Origin: a virus | Lineage: Duplodnaviria; Caudoviricetes | Length of the DNA stretch: 36,392 bases | Direction: 5' to 3' (one strand) | IMG/VR virus record: IMGVR_UViG_3300005611_001848 | Coordinates: 1-36,392 of that record | In this document: piece after piece, positions 33,929 through 36,392 of the stretch | How the letters are laid out: each line of letters opens with the position of its first letter | Numbering within the stretch: position 1 is the stretch's first letter | Notes under the pieces: model-generated | What the model was told of the DNA's origin: nothing | Seen by the model: only the letters and a program-made list of their open reading frames with translations | Databases searched by the model: none | Translations under genes and position numbers: made by a program

Positions 33929-35119
33929 TCATAGACTAAATCCCGCGAAGGTGTCTCCTTTGACATCTTGTTTGATTCCTCCAACGATGTAGGACTCGAC
34001 TTCAGTTTCTTGTGGGGCAACTTGGAGTCCTTTAGAAGAAATCCAGTGCTCTGTCCAAGGAAGTGGATTGTTCTTTGCAGAAATGTCATAAACTGGTTTA
34101 ATACCGATTGCTTTCATACGGCGATTGGCAATCCATTCAACATACTGCTGAAGCAGTTTATCATTTAAACCAATCATAGATCCGTCTTTGAACAAATATT
34201 CTGCCCAAAGTTTTTCCTGATTTACAGCATTTTTGAATGTATTAATCATCCAAGGTTCTTCTTCCTTGGAGATCTTCTTCATGTCTGGATCATCACCGTC
34301 TCTCCACTTATTTAGAATGTTCTGGGTAATTACCAGGTGTTGATTTTCATCTCTTGCGATCAGAGAGATGATTTTTGCACTTCCTTCCATAAGCTTGAGT
34401 TCGCCAAATGCAAAACTGCAAGCGAAACTGACATAAAAGCGAATACCTTCAAGAATATTAACGTTTGCAATTGCTCTGAAGAGTTTGCGCTTGAGTTCAT
34501 ACCTTGTTTCTTGTGCGGATGGGACTTCTTCTAATGCATGTTGCCAATCATTGGATGTTCCATAATGTTGAGCACTATTAATAAACTCATTATATGCTTC
34601 AGTCACACTAGTGGCACGTTCAAGAATACGATCATCAGTCAGAATGGTATCAAATACCTCTGAAGGATCTGAATAAACATTCTTAATGAGATATGTATAT
34701 GAACGACTGTGGATCATTTCCATGAATCCCCAGACTTCCATACATGCTTCTAGTTCAGGTAATGAGCAGTAAGGGATAAAAGCCATCCCAGGACCGCGCC
34801 CTTGTACAGAATCCAGCATGATCTGATACTTAAGATTGCTGGTAAAAATATGCTTTTGCTCTGGGCGTAGTGTCTGATAGTCCGCACGATCTTTCTGTAG
34901 TGATACTTCTTCTGGTCTCCAGAAGTATCCAAGTTGTTGAGTCGTCAATTTATCAAAAACTGGATACTTGTACGAATCATATCTTTGAACTCCCAAAGGT
35001 TTTCCAAAAAACATGGGTTGTTTCTTTCTATCAACTTGTTCTGGATTGAAGACGGTCATTTGACTGACCGTTGTATTTTTGTTGTCCACTGAATCTTTCT
35101 TAAATTTTACAAGACTCAC
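33929..35119 (-). CDS. nrdB: Class Ia ribonucleotide reductase beta subunit
   Basis: FWRPEE, LDSVQGR, EMIHSRSY, LEGIRFY, RDENQH and APQETE..SY motifs. Confidence 0.98.
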   Translation of the reverse strand: MSLVKFKKDSVDNKNTTVSQMTVFNPEQVDRKKQPMFFGKPLGVQRYDSYKYPVFDKLTTQQLGYFWRPEEVSLQKDRADYQTLRPEQKHIFTSNLKYQIMLDSVQGRGPGMAFIPYCSLPELEACMEVWGFMEMIHSRSYTYLIKNVYSDPSEVFDTILTDDRILERATSVTEAYNEFINSAQHYGTSNDWQHALEEVPSAQETRYELKRKLFRAIANVNILEGIRFYVSFACSFAFGELKLMEGSAKIISLIARDENQHLVITQNILNKWRDGDDPDMKKISKEEEPWMINTFKNAVNQEKLWAEYLFKDGSMIGLNDKLLQQYVEWIANRRMKAIGIKPVYDISAKNNPLPWTEHWISSKGLQVAPQETEVESYIVGGIKQDVKGDTFAGFSL

Positions 35120-36392
35120 AGTCTTCCTCCTCGGCGGTTTCTAATTGACTAATTAAACTTTCTAATTCTGATTTTTGTTCTTCAAGTTCGTCATTCTTAT
35201 TATCATATGTATTTTGATAATAAGAAGTCTTCCATCCATACTTATATGTTTTAAGTAAATCTTGTGCCATCACTGAAACAGGAACTTCATTATTATCATA
35301 ATTTTGGGGATTGTAGCTCCAGTTTCCAGAAATTGCCTGATCAAAGAACTTTTGCATCACAGCAACAATATTAATATAACCATTATTGGACTCCATATCC
35401 CAAAGAAGCGTATAATTGTTTTTAAGAGTTGTGTATTGCGGAACAACCTGCTTAAGGGTTCCCTTTTTGCTCTTTTTAGTGGACAAGTACGCTCTAGGTG
35501 GTTCGATTCCATTTGTGGCATTTGACACAACGGAACTGCTCTCTGAAGGCATCTGTGCCGACAATGTTGAGTTCCGTACTCCATATCGGATGACATCGTC
35601 TCTAAGACACTCCCAATCATAGTGAAGCTCATTCGGTACGATTTCATCTACATCCTTCTTATATGTATCAATCGGAAGAACTCCCTGACCATATTTTGTT
35701 CGGCCACTATACTCACAAGCACCTTTCTCTTTAGCAAGATCTACTGTAGCACGAATCAAATAATATTGGAATGCCTCAGTAAGATCATGAACCAGTTTCC
35801 ATGCCTCAGGATCCTGATAAGAGGCACCGTGCTTGGCAAGATAATGTGCCAGACCAATATAACCTATTCCAAGTGAACGACGTGCCCTGGTGGCGATTTC
35901 TGCTGCTCTGATGGGATATCCTTGAAAATCAATAAGTTCATCAAGACTCCTAACAGCAAGATCACAGAGGCTTTCAAGATCCTCAGTGCCCCTAATTTTA
36001 CCAATATTAATAGCAGAAAGGATACAGAGAGCAATTTCCCCAGATTCATCGTCAATGTGGTTCAGTGGTTTGGTAGGAAGAGTGATCTCTTGACACAGGT
36101 TACTCATCTCAACCTTATCGGTAAAGGAAGAGTGGCTGTTACAGTGATCAATATTCATGATATACAGTCTACCAGTTTCTGCTCTCTCTTTCAAGATGTC
36201 CAGAAAAAGTTCTTGTGCTCCAACAGTCGTTCTTGGAACAGACTGATCCTGTTCATAACCCACATAGCGAGCATCAAATGCATCAGTACCAAAAGCATCA
36301 TACAGACCTGGTACGTCATGCGGTGAGAACAAGCTAATTTCTCCATTCTGGATGAAACGCTCATAGAAAAGTTTTGAAATCTGGATGGAGTA
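35100..36392 (-). CDS. nrdA: Class Ia ribonucleotide reductase alpha subunit (3' part; 5' end outside the window)
   Basis: SNLCQEI, NATNGIEP, DQAISGN, KTSYY and C-terminal CESC motifs; frame open to the window edge. Confidence 0.98.
   Translation of the reverse strand, partial: YSIQISKLFYERFIQNGEISLFSPHDVPGLYDAFGTDAFDARYVGYEQDQSVPRTTVGAQELFLDILKERAETGRLYIMNIDHCNSHSSFTDKVEMSNLCQEITLPTKPLNHIDDESGEIALCILSAINIGKIRGTEDLESLCDLAVRSLDELIDFQGYPIRAAEIATRARRSLGIGYIGLAHYLAKHGASYQDPEAWKLVHDLTEAFQYYLIRATVDLAKEKGACEYSGRTKYGQGVLPIDTYKKDVDEIVPNELHYDWECLRDDVIRYGVRNSTLSAQMPSESSSVVSNATNGIEPPRAYLSTKKSKKGTLKQVVPQYTTLKNNYTLLWDMESNNGYINIVAVMQKFFDQAISGNWSYNPQNYDNNEVPVSVMAQDLLKTYKYGWKTSYYQNTYDNKNDELEEQKSELESLISQLETAEEEDCESCKI

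Noticed and set aside
33838-34089. 83-aa ORF overlapping the 3' end of nrdB
   Set aside because: Mostly an out-of-frame overlap with conserved nrdB; only the last 28 codons are plausible.
1-36392. CRISPR array, IS element, integrase, or intron/intein in nrdA/nrdB
   Set aside because: No regularly spaced repeats or transposase/integrase motifs were seen; nrdB and the visible part of nrdA are uninterrupted and of normal length.

Overview
This is a 36.4-kb segment of a T4-like marine cyanomyovirus (Synechococcus/Prochlorococcus phage), almost entirely on the minus strand. In transcription order (right to left): the 3' part of nrdA and nrdB; a late-promoter acidic/basic modular protein; a GIY-YIG nuclease, a SleB-like hydrolase, an HEXXH peptidase and membrane proteins; gnd, a small ndhP-like gene missing from the ORF track, and zwf; an SNase-like nuclease; a plus-strand late operon of three signal-peptide proteins interrupted by an antisense HNH endonuclease; tRNA-Arg, a manA-like RNA, talC and tRNA-Gly; two small beta-barrel paralogues, pstS and two phosphatase-related genes behind a Pho box; tRNAs Asn, Val, Ser and Pro with small ORFs; a wcaG-like RNA; a ~12.8-kb nucleotide-sugar/glycosyltransferase locus (GDP-fucose plus an unusual hybrid heptose pathway and an internally deleted gene); and hli. 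All family calls come from motif recognition by eye; no searches were run.
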